Assembly: GCA_045635025.1 (NCBI GenBank)
Contig: JAZRBK010000188.1
Span: 1 to 39,716 of the forward strand
Reading direction: 5' to 3'
DNA length: 39,716 nucleotides
DNA from: Candidatus Scatosoma sp.
GTDB lineage: Bacteria; Bacillota; Clostridia; Christensenellales; Borkfalkiaceae
This document shows, one piece after another, positions 23,262-32,459 of this stretch (its first letter is position 1; each line of letters starts with the position of its first letter). The notes below the pieces were generated by a model. It worked only from the letters and a program-made list of their open reading frames with translations. It was not told the DNA's origin and did no database searches. Made by a program: the position numbers and the translations under genes.

Positions 23262-24515
23262 TTACTTCGTAGTGCCGTCGTTGAAGCCGTACTCGGTCAA
23301 AGCCGCCCTTGCGCGTGCGCCGTCATCGTCCACAGGAGTGAAGGTGAGGGTGTTCACGAGGGAAGCGATGTCGGAAGCGGTCAACGCATAGGCGAGGGAC
23401 GCGCCCGCGTCAATGAGCAACTTAATGGAAGCACCGTGCAGGACTTCCACGCCCATTTTCATCAACGGAGCGATGTTCACCATTTGTGCGTTGTACGGGT
23501 CTTCCTTAACCGAAATGGTCGGGGCAACCGCGATACCACGGCAAGTGCCTGCACCCGCCACAATCATACCCGTGAACTTGTCAAGGGCGGCGCGGCAGGC
23601 GGTGAGGGTAACATCAGCGTCGTTCGCCGTACCCTTAATGCCGAGATAGATGTAGATGAGGTCGCGGTCGCTGTCATACAACTGCGTCATAGTAACGCCA
23701 TTGTACAAGCCGCACAAGCCGCTCCTTTCCACATCAACCCTCTTGGTCGGGGACTGCGTGAACGGGTTGATAAAGCCCGTAGCGTTGATTTGTGCCGCCG
23801 CCTGCGACGCGTTGGACGCATACTGCGACATCATATCGGCGTGGAGGTCGGGGGAAATGAACGCCTGCCTTGCGTCCACGGGAACACGATACTGACCGAG
23901 TTCCAAAATGGAGTTGAGTTTGTTGTTCGCCTTGACGAACTTCTTGACGCAATCGTTCATCAAAGTGCTGTCGTATTGGAACAGCGCGTTTGCGATTTCG
24001 CCCGCGGTGATGTCACCCGCAACGACCGAACCTTTGGTGTGCGCGAGAGCCTTATCGAAGTTGTCGCCGTTACGGAAGAACGCCTCGATTTGCTTTGCGT
24101 AGGTTACGATGTTGATAGCCCAATTCATCGCGTCGATGACCTCGCTTTGAACGATAGTTTCAAAGTCGGTCTTGTTGGCGAGCAACTGTGCCGCACCCAC
24201 GGGAATGAGCCTGTCGAAGAACAGGTCAACATCAATGCTGTAATTGACGGACTGCGGGGAGTTGCCCTGCGCGGGGGTGTTGTACTTGTTGATGTAGCCG
24301 CCGTTGTTAGCCGCGCCGAGTTTACGGACAGCGGGCAACACAGCCTTCAAACGCATAACATCAACTTTCGTGACCGAGCGAACATCGCTCGAAAGCGTGT
24401 ATTTGTCGGTAACGCCCTTGCCGTTGATGTGAGCGATACCGCCAATCATATTCTCCAAAACATATTTGGAGGTTGCTTCTTCTACGGAGAAGCCGTTGAT
24501 AGTACCAAGTGCCAT
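23262..24515 (-). CDS. Major capsid protein candidate (417 aa)
   Basis: Synteny places it after the portal and an acidic scaffold protein. It has a strong RBS and is followed by a strong terminator. No motif was recognised. Confidence 0.6.
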   Translation of the reverse strand: MALGTINGFSVEEATSKYVLENMIGGIAHINGKGVTDKYTLSSDVRSVTKVDVMRLKAVLPAVRKLGAANNGGYINKYNTPAQGNSPQSVNYSIDVDLFFDRLIPVGAAQLLANKTDFETIVQSEVIDAMNWAINIVTYAKQIEAFFRNGDNFDKALAHTKGSVVAGDITAGEIANALFQYDSTLMNDCVKKFVKANNKLNSILELGQYRVPVDARQAFISPDLHADMMSQYASNASQAAAQINATGFINPFTQSPTKRVDVERSGLCGLYNGVTMTQLYDSDRDLIYIYLGIKGTANDADVTLTACRAALDKFTGMIVAGAGTCRGIAVAPTISVKEDPYNAQMVNIAPLMKMGVEVLHGASIKLLIDAGASLAYALTASDIASLVNTLTFTPVDDDGARARAALTEYGFNDGTTK

Positions 24516-24538
24516 AGTTTTTTTATCTCCTTATTTTT

Positions 24539-25069
24539 TTATTTGTCGAAGTCTTTTTTGCCAGCCCACATATCTTCGTAACTGACATAATTCGGGTTGC
24601 CGCCACCCTTTTCGCTTTCCGCAAACCCTTCGCCACGGCGTGCGGGCGCGCCAAAATCACCCTTTTCGTACTTCGCGTGAGTATCTTCCGCGTCTTTCTT
24701 CGCGGCGGCAAGTTGCTCTTTCAAGTCCTCGTTCTCTTTCATCACGGAGGCGAATTTCGCTTCAAAAGCGGACATACGCTCGTGGAAAAGTGCGTCCAAA
24801 TCGGACTTCAAAACGACTTCCGAAAGAGGAATTGCGTTTCTCTCACCCTCGTGCACATCATCGGGTTGCGGCGCGGGAGGTTCGGGTTCGGGTTGTTTAG
24901 CCGCGTCGGGTTTGACCGCCGCTTCGTTATCTCCCTTTTCCTCGCCAACGCTCTCGGTCTTGTCGGTTTCTTTGACCTTTTCCTTTACTTCGGGCTGTTC
25001 CTTTCCCTTTTCTTCGGCGGTCACTTCTTCCGTCTTGACTTCTTTTTCCTGCTTTTCTTTTTCTTCCAT
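24539..25069 (-). CDS. Scaffolding protein candidate (176 aa)
   Basis: It has an E/K-rich low-complexity N-terminus plus a coiled-coil and lies between portal and capsid. The ATG at 25069 has a GGGG RBS. Confidence 0.6.
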   Translation of the reverse strand: MEEKEKQEKEVKTEEVTAEEKGKEQPEVKEKVKETDKTESVGEEKGDNEAAVKPDAAKQPEPEPPAPQPDDVHEGERNAIPLSEVVLKSDLDALFHERMSAFEAKFASVMKENEDLKEQLAAAKKDAEDTHAKYEKGDFGAPARRGEGFAESEKGGGNPNYVSYEDMWAGKKDFDK

Positions 25070-25137
25070 AATTTTCACCCCTTTATACCATAATGCCTTT
25101 GTTTTAAGTTACTCACGCTTTGCGATTTCACCCTGCA

Positions 25138-26634
25138 TTATTGAATACCATTGGTAAGTTGTGCCTTTTTGATTTTTTCGTTTTCTTCAAGGCGTTTTAC
25201 TTCGTATGCCTTTTCTTCCTCCGACAGTTCGGGGAAAACAAGGTCAACGAATAATTTTGCGGAAATGCCCCCCTGCGAGTACATATCCATATAAATCTTT
25301 GCATTTTCAAGTGTCGGTGCTTGCGCTTGACTTTTGAAAATGATTTTGACGGGTTTGTGGTCGTAGTAACGCATAACCTTTGCAAGCAACGCGTTAATTG
25401 CAGGTGCAATAAGCGCAATTTGCGTCGGTATCCACGCGGAAGTCTTGTTCTTTTCGTTGAGAATGGCGGCGGCTACTGTTTCCGTAGAGCCGTCCGTCAA
25501 GAACGAGGCGATAGTCGAAGCCGATACATTGAGTTTCGCCGCGACATCGCGGTAAATGTTCTCCTTTTGCACACGAATATCGCTTGCACGCAATTTGAAC
25601 TGAATATCGGTCGGCTTGTCGGTATCCGTGCCGTTCGACCCCACCTTTTGGAAAATCGTTTCGTCAAAGTCCCCAAAGGTTTGCGCGGGGTCGTCCTTGT
25701 TCATCATTTGTTCGGGCATTAAAATTCGACCTTTCGCCACATAGACTTCGTTTTTCTCAAAGCATTTGAGTTGGTCGAACTGTTGACATTCGGACGAAAT
25801 AATATCTCCGATAGGCTGTCCAAACGGCGTGTTGGGCAATTTGGGTATCCCGTCCGTGAATTTGACGGGGAAAAGCCCCACGCTGTCCGCAAAGGGCAAA
25901 TATTGTTCTTTCCCTATCAAAATATCGGGATAGTTTTCCTTAATATGCCGTTTTACCGCGCGAGGTAATTGCTCCCACGGTATGCTTTCTTCCGCGCTTT
26001 TCGGGCGGGACGATACATCGGACTGAATGTTGCCATTTACGCAGTAAATAGCCCTCTTAACGCAAGGGATACCGCGTTCGTTGAAATATCTTTCCTCGCA
26101 AATGCCGTAGTGGTTGTCCTTGTCATTCTCGGTATCGTGGAAAAGGTCAAAGTAAACTCTTGCCCCCTCAACCTTGCCCATAGCATTGAAATCGGCAAAA
26201 AAGGTATCAATGCGGTACGCCGCCGCCCCGATATTGTTGCCGTTTCGTGTCGCCGCCAAAAGAGAAGTGCCGCCTGCCGCGCTATAAAGGAACGCTTTAC
26301 GCAAAATCGACAAGAGATTTGTTTTCTCCGCCCAATCCCTCGCAAACTTCGTGTCATATTCTTCACCCACAAAATCAATGCCGTGGGCGAAAAGAACATT
26401 ACAAAGCCCCTTTGCTACGGACTGCGCCAATTTTTCGGGGACAAGCCCCTTTCCGAAATTGTGATATGTGGGGTCGTACCCGTCGTAAATACGCAACATA
26501 AAGCGCAAATACTGCGAGTAAAACGGCATATAATACGGAGGTGCTAAAAGGTAAAAGGGGTTGTTCTTCAAAAACCCGTAAAACGCCCCTAACTGATTAG
26601 ACTGACCGCTTTGACCGACTTCGATAATAGCCAC
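25138..26634 (-). CDS. Portal protein candidate (498 aa); GTG start
   Basis: The call rests on size and position downstream of the terminase genes. RBS is GGAGAGG 9 nt before the GTG. Confidence 0.6.
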   Translation of the reverse strand: MAIIEVGQSGQSNQLGAFYGFLKNNPFYLLAPPYYMPFYSQYLRFMLRIYDGYDPTYHNFGKGLVPEKLAQSVAKGLCNVLFAHGIDFVGEEYDTKFARDWAEKTNLLSILRKAFLYSAAGGTSLLAATRNGNNIGAAAYRIDTFFADFNAMGKVEGARVYFDLFHDTENDKDNHYGICEERYFNERGIPCVKRAIYCVNGNIQSDVSSRPKSAEESIPWEQLPRAVKRHIKENYPDILIGKEQYLPFADSVGLFPVKFTDGIPKLPNTPFGQPIGDIISSECQQFDQLKCFEKNEVYVAKGRILMPEQMMNKDDPAQTFGDFDETIFQKVGSNGTDTDKPTDIQFKLRASDIRVQKENIYRDVAAKLNVSASTIASFLTDGSTETVAAAILNEKNKTSAWIPTQIALIAPAINALLAKVMRYYDHKPVKIIFKSQAQAPTLENAKIYMDMYSQGGISAKLFVDLVFPELSEEEKAYEVKRLEENEKIKKAQLTNGIQ

Positions 26635-26651
26635 GGTTGTTTACCTCTCCA

Positions 26652-26698
26652 TAAAAAAACTTTGCGGTTGCTCTATTTCATTATAAGACAACCGCAAG
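26652..26698 (-). terminator. Rho-independent terminator between the terminase block and the portal gene
   Basis: The stem TTGCGGTTG/CAACCGCAA (26662-26697) is followed by T7 on the minus strand. Confidence 0.6.
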
Positions 26699-26704
26699 TA
26701 AAAG

Positions 26705-26941
26705 TCAATGCTTTTTATCCACGCGCTTTAAGATGTCGTCCTTGTTGGCGAGAATGTACGCGTTGTTAAGGTTCGTAATGGCGTGTTCGACCTTTTTCAG
26801 TTCCTCCAACATTTCCCCAAAAAGGTTGATAAGGACGCGGTTCATTTGTTCGGGGGTGGAAATTGCTTTATCCACCTGCTTCTTCATAATTTCTTCCGTT
26901 TCCTTGTCGAGCGCGCCGTTCAAATTCTTAATTTCTTCCAT
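26705..26941 (-). CDS. Hypothetical helical protein (78 aa)
   Basis: ORF track. Confidence 0.7.
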   Translation of the reverse strand: MEEIKNLNGALDKETEEIMKKQVDKAISTPEQMNRVLINLFGEMLEELKKVEHAITNLNNAYILANKDDILKRVDKKH

Positions 26942-26945
26942 AATT

Positions 26946-27218
26946 TTATTCCCCCTTTGTGTATCGGATATTCGCTTCCAAAAGTTCGACTTTCCGATTT
27001 ATTTCCTCAAACTTCTTCAAGCACGCGATAGAAAGGTTAAACAAAACCTCCCTTTCCGCTTGCTCGGTGTTGGTCGCTTCGGGGCGACCGATTTTCTGCA
27101 AGAACGCCTTTTTCGACAAATTCGCACTCCGAGAAAGCCCTGCCGCGCATAACTTGTCAATGGTGCTGTTCGTCTTGATGTGTTCTTTGGCGATTTGCCT
27201 TTGTAAGTTCCTTGACAT
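26946..27218 (-). CDS. Hypothetical protein (90 aa); possible HTH
   Basis: ORF track. Confidence 0.7.
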   Translation of the reverse strand: MSRNLQRQIAKEHIKTNSTIDKLCAAGLSRSANLSKKAFLQKIGRPEATNTEQAEREVLFNLSIACLKKFEEINRKVELLEANIRYTKGE

Positions 27219-27234
27219 AAAAATTCCCCCTTAT

Positions 27235-28722
27235 TTATTTTATCATTCCCGCCGCGCGCTTTATATCGTCATAATGCGCCTTTCGGGACGGGAAAGATAG
27301 GTTGTAACAGTTGCTATAATACGGGATAAGTCCGTATTCCAATGCGTCGCACAAGTCATTCTTAATCGCGGGGTCAAGTTTCCCGTTCTTATACCTTTGC
27401 GCTTCGATTTCGTGGCGCAGGCGGTGGGTGTTCGGGTTGCCCCTCCAATCATATTTGCCCTCGTTGAGAACGGTAAGGACGCTATAAGCAAAGGCGTTTT
27501 TGATAATGCCCAAGTTTATATCCTTTTTCTTCTTCGTAAAGGCAAAAATGCTGATGTTCTTCCACAATTCCGTGTTTGGGCTTGTGCGCTTTAAGTGCCT
27601 TAACTGCGCGATAAACGGGCTTGCCGCGCCGTCCACCGATAACGCAACTTTGACATAATTATACACCAAGCCGTAATTATTGTCAAGATATAAGAGGAAG
27701 TCGTCAAGCATTTCGCATTGTTCGGTCGGTGCAAGCGTCCTGTTCGTTTCTTCGGGGTCGTCATAGCAAACCTCCAATGTTTGCGCCGTTCCGTCGTCCA
27801 ATATCGCCACAGGGACTATGGCAAAGGTATCGTTTGCCGTCGCGTGGTCGATACCGACAATAATGTTTGTAATATACCGCTTTTCAAGTTCGGGCTTTGT
27901 CTTGTAATGCCTGTTCCTGTCGAATTGCGGGAAAACCACCGAAGATGTGTTGGCGTGAATATCGCCCAAGTAAACCCTCCGATATTCCGTGGGATTCGTC
28001 CTTTGCATATCCAAAATATGCTTTTTCGCCTCGTCATTGAGCAAATGCCAAATATGGTGGCAGTTCGCATAAATAACAAGCCACTCGTCGGACTTCTTCT
28101 TCGTTTCCGCATAGTCCACAAACCAATGCCCCACAGTTTCGTTGTTGCCGACGATAATGATTTTCGCGTGCTTTGACAACTGACGGACAAAGGTGATAAT
28201 GGACTGTTCGATAACATTCTCGTCCTTGTTCTTTTGCGCTTCCTCATAGAGCAACAAGGAAATGGGGTTGAGCAACTTTGTACTCCTCGTCCTTTGACCG
28301 CCCCTGCTATCGGTTATCGGGAAAAGCCTTGTGCAACCCTTTACGCCCCTGCGAAAAACGCCCTCATACGACTTCGGGATATAAAACTCCGCGCGGGGGT
28401 CGTCCTGCGATACTTCAAGCCCGCTGTTAAGCAAGAAAGAGTGAATTTCCTTTATGATACTGTCCTTAATTTCGGTAGAGGTCGCTTGACAAATAACGAC
28501 ATCTTCATCGGGGTAAGCGTTTATCGCGTCCCACCACGCCGCCACCAAAATGGAAGATTTACCGCTTGCACGACCGCTTGAAAGCACGAATTTGTCATAC
28601 TTCTTGTCCGTCCGCGCGTTCGGATAAAGGCTTAATGCGCTCTTATCAACTTTTCCCGTGAATATGGGCGAATAGATTTGAGGAATTATAAGGGTTTCCG
28701 CGTTGGTCTTAAATTCACTCAT
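27235..28722 (-). CDS. terL: Terminase large subunit
   Basis: 495 aa. Walker A-like SSGRASGKSS lies near the N-terminus. The gene follows and overlaps terS. Confidence 0.85.
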   Translation of the reverse strand: MSEFKTNAETLIIPQIYSPIFTGKVDKSALSLYPNARTDKKYDKFVLSSGRASGKSSILVAAWWDAINAYPDEDVVICQATSTEIKDSIIKEIHSFLLNSGLEVSQDDPRAEFYIPKSYEGVFRRGVKGCTRLFPITDSRGGQRTRSTKLLNPISLLLYEEAQKNKDENVIEQSIITFVRQLSKHAKIIIVGNNETVGHWFVDYAETKKKSDEWLVIYANCHHIWHLLNDEAKKHILDMQRTNPTEYRRVYLGDIHANTSSVVFPQFDRNRHYKTKPELEKRYITNIIVGIDHATANDTFAIVPVAILDDGTAQTLEVCYDDPEETNRTLAPTEQCEMLDDFLLYLDNNYGLVYNYVKVALSVDGAASPFIAQLRHLKRTSPNTELWKNISIFAFTKKKKDINLGIIKNAFAYSVLTVLNEGKYDWRGNPNTHRLRHEIEAQRYKNGKLDPAIKNDLCDALEYGLIPYYSNCYNLSFPSRKAHYDDIKRAAGMIK

Positions 28723-29425
28723 CGCTTGTTTCCTCGCTCAAATCCCCCTCAATGATGTTGCGCGGGTCGGCAAGGGCTTCGTGGTTCGCGCAGTCCACGA
28801 TTTTAATGGTTATGCTCCCCGCCTTTACTTCCCCGACCTTCAACATTTCGTTCATTCCGAGTGCCTTATCCAATTCAAAACGCGCGCGCATTTGCGTGGC
28901 GACATCGGTGATTTCCTCTACCTTTTCCCCCGTGAGGTTATGGTCGCGGTCATAAGTCTTTGTTTTTTTAATGGTTTTGGTCTTGCCACTTGCAATATCT
29001 CGGAAGAACTGAATACGCTTTGCCTGCTCCGCGCTCATTTCCGCAAGGTCGAGTTTCGCCCCCGTTCCCTCAATTTCCGCAGGGACAATGGGTGTGGGCA
29101 ACAAGTCCCCCTCCGCTATCTCGTCAATCTTCTTTGAAACCTCGCTTTCGGGGTCATACGCGTCCGTGACATTCTTTTGCCCCCGAAGTGCCGCGACAAA
29201 CTCATCAAAGCGCGCAATATTCTTCGCCAAGTCATACGCGCTCTTTTTCGCGTTCTTGCTGTCAGTATATCCCGCCGCCACATACGCGGCTTTTTTGCTA
29301 AACCCCCCGTTTGCGTAGAACTTCACAAACCTTTGGTGCTTTTCGGGCAAGCGGTCAAAGTCCTCCTGCATTTCGGGCGTGAAGCAAATATACCTCTTAC
29401 CCCTTTCGGTTAACTTCTCGCTCAT
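28715..29425 (-). CDS. terS: Terminase small subunit (Terminase_2-like)
   Basis: RFVKFYANGGFSKKAAYVAAGYTDSKNAKKSAYDLAKN matches the HTH signature of small terminases. The start was trimmed to MSEKL, which has a GAGGTGG RBS. Confidence 0.75.
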   Translation of the reverse strand: MSEKLTERGKRYICFTPEMQEDFDRLPEKHQRFVKFYANGGFSKKAAYVAAGYTDSKNAKKSAYDLAKNIARFDEFVAALRGQKNVTDAYDPESEVSKKIDEIAEGDLLPTPIVPAEIEGTGAKLDLAEMSAEQAKRIQFFRDIASGKTKTIKKTKTYDRDHNLTGEKVEEITDVATQMRARFELDKALGMNEMLKVGEVKAGSITIKIVDCANHEALADPRNIIEGDLSEETSDE

Positions 29426-29981
29426 CGTTCCACCTCTTGAAAATATCCTTACTGCTGAAATACTGCGAAACAACCTTTAAGCACCTGTCCCCTTTCCCAA
29501 AAAGGAACGGATTAAGGCAAAGGCACTTCATTCCGAAATATCTTATTTGCCCCACAATGCCGCTATCGAGCAATTTCCGCCTTATCCTATAAAGCGTGGT
29601 ATGGTCGAACCCCATATCTTGCCCCAAATGCCGCCACACATACGGCTCGTTTATCCTCCATAAAATCCCCGTCCCGTCTTTAAGCCATTGAGCCAAGAAC
29701 GCCCCATAAAAATAAAGGTTCGGGTGATTTCGGAAAACCCCAAACGCTTTACCCACGGGAAAGCACTTCACATAATCCTTCCCATAATAAAACCCATACT
29801 CGCTCAACGGGTTGAGTTTCTTCTTGATAATCAACTGCTCGTCCTTATGCAAAACCTCCGTGCGCGTGATTTCCCCCGTCGCCCCGTCGATTTGCCGAAC
29901 AATGCTCTCCCCCGATTTTACGCTGTCCTCTCCAAAGCGGTAATTCCCCCCGCCTTCCCCGCGCCATTTCCTATAAGTCAC
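29397..29981 (-). CDS. Winged-helix DNA-binding protein, RepL-like; replication initiator or late regulator candidate; GTG start
   Basis: The layout R.ID..TGE......L, then YVKCF, then TTLYRIRRKLLDSGIV, then LCLNPFLFGKGD resembles Firmicute plasmid RepL as I recall it. It is the first gene after the consensus promoter at 30012-30040. Confidence 0.4.
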   Translation of the reverse strand: MTYRKWRGEGGGNYRFGEDSVKSGESIVRQIDGATGEITRTEVLHKDEQLIIKKKLNPLSEYGFYYGKDYVKCFPVGKAFGVFRNHPNLYFYGAFLAQWLKDGTGILWRINEPYVWRHLGQDMGFDHTTLYRIRRKLLDSGIVGQIRYFGMKCLCLNPFLFGKGDRCLKVVSQYFSSKDIFKRWNDEREVNRKG

Positions 29982-30011
29982 AAAAATTTCCCCCTTTTCG
30001 GTTCTACTCCC

Positions 30012-30040
30012 ATTATATCACAACCCCCTGTCCCTGTCAA
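30012..30040 (-). promoter_or_regulatory. Perfect consensus promoter: TTGACA, 17-nt spacer, TATAAT with TGn extension
   Basis: On the minus strand, TTGACA is at 30040-30035 and TATAAT at 30017-30012. Confidence 0.75.
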
Positions 30041-30663
30041 GTGCATAATTCCGTACACATTTTGCGTACAACTTTCCTCCCGCGCTACGCGTATCTAATA
30101 GGATTATGTAGTGAACCGATACTTCCGCTCCTACTCTACACTTATTTATAGTAATAACGCATACGCCCGCACGCGCCCACGCGACCCAACGAAAAAATTT
30201 TTGTCCCCCCGTCCCCCCACCGTCAAAAAATCCCACCTGCCCCCACCGCTTTTTGGAAAAGTAGTGCGGCGAAAAAAACGAGCCCCCTCAACCGCCCCGT
30301 CCCCTTTTCCCCTTCTACCCCCCGTCTTGGTAGGTTGGTGCGCCGTCCCCGTTCTCCCCCTCCTGCCCACGAGGTTGGTGGGTTGGTCAAGTATATTCTA
30401 CAAGTGGAATATCCCACAAGTTGGCGGCGGCTGTCACTACCGAAAGCAAGAAGGGCGGGGGCTTGGGCAAGGGGTGGGCGTTTTCCGCCCGTTTTCCGTC
30501 CGTTTTTGGTATGCTTTGGCAATAGCGATGTGGGGTGTTTGTTCGCAAATGGGCTTATTTTGGCTTACAAGGGGGCAAGGCGGGGCTTTTGGGTGTTTTT
30601 CGGGTGATTTATCGACGGCGGGCGTTTCGGGGCTTGTAGGGCAAAATACGAGGTCAAGCGGGC
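30041..30663. other. Large non-coding region with strand-switching G/C tracts, G-quadruplex motifs and short direct repeats (candidate ori, pac site or structured RNA)
   Basis: No credible ORF is present. C-tracts dominate the plus strand at 30200-30370 and G-tracts at 30440-30660. An 11-bp unit is repeated three times at 30479-30511, and aggttggtg occurs at 30332 and 30372. Confidence 0.5.
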
Positions 30664-30694
30664 AAAAGAAAAACCCCGCGCAAGGCGCGCGGGG
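30664..30694 (-). terminator. Rho-independent terminator ending the 32.6-30.7 kb operon
   Basis: The stem CCCCGCGC/GCGCGGGG (30674-30694) is followed by TTTTTCTTTT on the minus strand. Confidence 0.75.
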
Positions 30695-30717
30695 TTATCT
30701 TGTTCAGTCGTTGCGGT

Positions 30718-30900
30718 TTATTCTCCTTCATTGTTTGTTATCCTATATTTTTTGCGGTCGAGTTTTTCAAGTTCTTTTTCTAACGGTTCGCGTTCTTCGC
30801 AAACCGCAATCGCTTTCCACCTGTGCGAGTAGACGGGGAAACTATGGTTTCCCAAGATATTGGGTCTTGCGATGGTTTCTTTTCGTTCCAAAAAATACAT
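30718..30900 (-). CDS. Hypothetical protein (60 aa)
   Basis: ORF track; last gene before the terminator. Confidence 0.6.
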   Translation of the reverse strand: MYFLERKETIARPNILGNHSFPVYSHRWKAIAVCEEREPLEKELEKLDRKKYRITNNEGE

Positions 30901-30913
30901 ATTTGCCCCCGTT

Positions 30914-31222
30914 TCAGTATCTCATCGTCAAGTAAATGCAAAGGGCAATTTGCACGAGGGCAATTATTGCCGCTATGATAAAGTAGCCAAGACCACGGGC
31001 GGCGCGGGTGCTTCCGTTCGGGCGGCTGTCCTGCTGTCGGGCAAGGGCGGCGGCGTGGCGGCGTTTGGCGTTCAGTAGGCGCGTTTCGGCTTCGAGGCGG
31101 CGCGCCTCGTCAAGTTTCGCGCGGTTGATGTCGGGCGGTGCGGTCGGCTTGTCCTCGCCGTAAATTCGGCGGTACTCGTCGGGCGCGATTTTTCGCAGTT
31201 CGTCGGGCGTGAAGGTCGGCAT
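30914..31222 (-). CDS. Tail-anchored membrane protein (102 aa)
   Basis: ORF track; C-terminal TM segment GYFIIAAIIALVQIALCIYL. Confidence 0.7.
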   Translation of the reverse strand: MPTFTPDELRKIAPDEYRRIYGEDKPTAPPDINRAKLDEARRLEAETRLLNAKRRHAAALARQQDSRPNGSTRAARGLGYFIIAAIIALVQIALCIYLTMRY

Positions 31223-31223
31223 T

Positions 31224-31616
31224 TTATAGTCCCCCTTTGATTATCTCGTCGGCGGCTTCTTCGGCGGCGTGGTCGATGTCGTCACAGTCCATAAATACGC
31301 CGTCATCGTCGGGGCGCAGTTGCCCGCTGTTGTCGCCTATTGCCTTTTTGATAATGAGTATAATCGCATCGCGGCGGGCGGTTTCCCTGCTTTCCCTCTC
31401 GGCGGTGCTGTCGGGGCGTACTATCATAACAGGGCGCACGCAACCCCACAAACGCGCAATGGCTTCTTCTCCGTCTTGCTCAATGCTTACGGGCGCGGAC
31501 TTCGGCAAGCACGCCCGCAGGACTTCTGCGGCGGTCTTGTCGCTTGTAAGCGTGCGCTTTGTCACGCGCGGAGCGTGGCGCAGGTCGTAAATGTTGTATG
31601 TCTTGTAATATGCCAT
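31224..31616 (-). CDS. Hypothetical protein (130 aa)
   Basis: ORF trimmed to MAYYKTYN, which has an AAAGGGGG RBS. Confidence 0.7.
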   Translation of the reverse strand: MAYYKTYNIYDLRHAPRVTKRTLTSDKTAAEVLRACLPKSAPVSIEQDGEEAIARLWGCVRPVMIVRPDSTAERESRETARRDAIILIIKKAIGDNSGQLRPDDDGVFMDCDDIDHAAEEAADEIIKGGL

Positions 31617-31629
31617 ATTGTAACCCCCT

Positions 31630-31830
31630 TTAATCAATCCACCGCCCCGCGATGGTGTCCCAAGTTGCGCCGTTTGCGTCTTGGTATGGTCTTTTTTTCC
31701 CGTAATTGTATTTAATACACTTATGCCCGTTAGGATAGCATATTGACGGCTTGCCGTTCTCCATTGCGTAACGCTCCCGCCACCCTGCGGCGGCGTATGC
31801 GCGCCCCGTTTCTCCTTGCTTGTATTTCAT
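31630..31830 (-). CDS. Hypothetical protein (66 aa)
   Basis: ORF track; ATGA-type overlap with the upstream gene. Confidence 0.65.
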   Translation of the reverse strand: MKYKQGETGRAYAAAGWRERYAMENGKPSICYPNGHKCIKYNYGKKRPYQDANGATWDTIAGRWID

Positions 31831-32408
31831 ACCGCCGCGCCCTCCTTCACTTCTTCGGGCATTCCGTCGCAGTATTTCGCAAGCGCAATCCTCGCGCCGT
31901 TGTATGTCTTGTAGGTCTTTTTGAATTTGTAACCGATATGTCGGACTGTCGCCGTTCCGTTGCGGTGCGTGGTGATTGTGTATCTTCCCACAAAGTCGCG
32001 GAAGTGGTGCGTCTGCGGCTTGCGGGCTTCGGCTTCTTTCGCCTTTCGCAGTTCCTCATTCTTCGTGCGTGCTTGCAGGTCAAGCAAGCAGGACGATAAA
32101 AGGCGGTTGACCTTTGCGCGCTTCTTCTCATACGGTATGCCCCAATCGTTATTGATTGCGCGGGCTTTCAGTTCATACTCGCGTACGATTTCGTTATAGT
32201 AGTAAATATTTCCCGTAGGCGTTCCACGGTATCCCGTGCATATCGCCACGCCGTCAATATAGTATAGGTCAAAATTCCACCCGTACACGCCCGCCGTGTA
32301 TGCCATCGCGTTTTGATAGTGTAATAACCCGTGCATATCACAATAACCGATGGTCAAAATTTTCGCGTAGCCCTCTTTTATCGCTTTTGCAGTCGTTCTA
32401 AATTTCAT
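31827..32408 (-). CDS. Hypothetical protein (193 aa)
   Basis: ORF trimmed to MKFRTTAKAI, which has an AAAGGAG RBS. Confidence 0.75.
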   Translation of the reverse strand: MKFRTTAKAIKEGYAKILTIGYCDMHGLLHYQNAMAYTAGVYGWNFDLYYIDGVAICTGYRGTPTGNIYYYNEIVREYELKARAINNDWGIPYEKKRAKVNRLLSSCLLDLQARTKNEELRKAKEAEARKPQTHHFRDFVGRYTITTHRNGTATVRHIGYKFKKTYKTYNGARIALAKYCDGMPEEVKEGAAV

Positions 32409-32459
32409 TGTTTTTTCTCCTTTGCCCGCGCTTGACCCCACGGGCGGGGAAAAGTTGCT

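Noticed and set aside
30111-30935. A 274-aa plus-strand ORF spanning the large non-coding region, along with minus-strand ORFs at 30146..30370, 30223..30522 and 30018..30236.
   Set aside because: The translations are Pro/Gly/Arg low-complexity products of C- and G-tracts. They have no RBS, and the 274-aa plus-strand ORF also runs antisense through gene 30718..30900. The open frames are explained by base composition.
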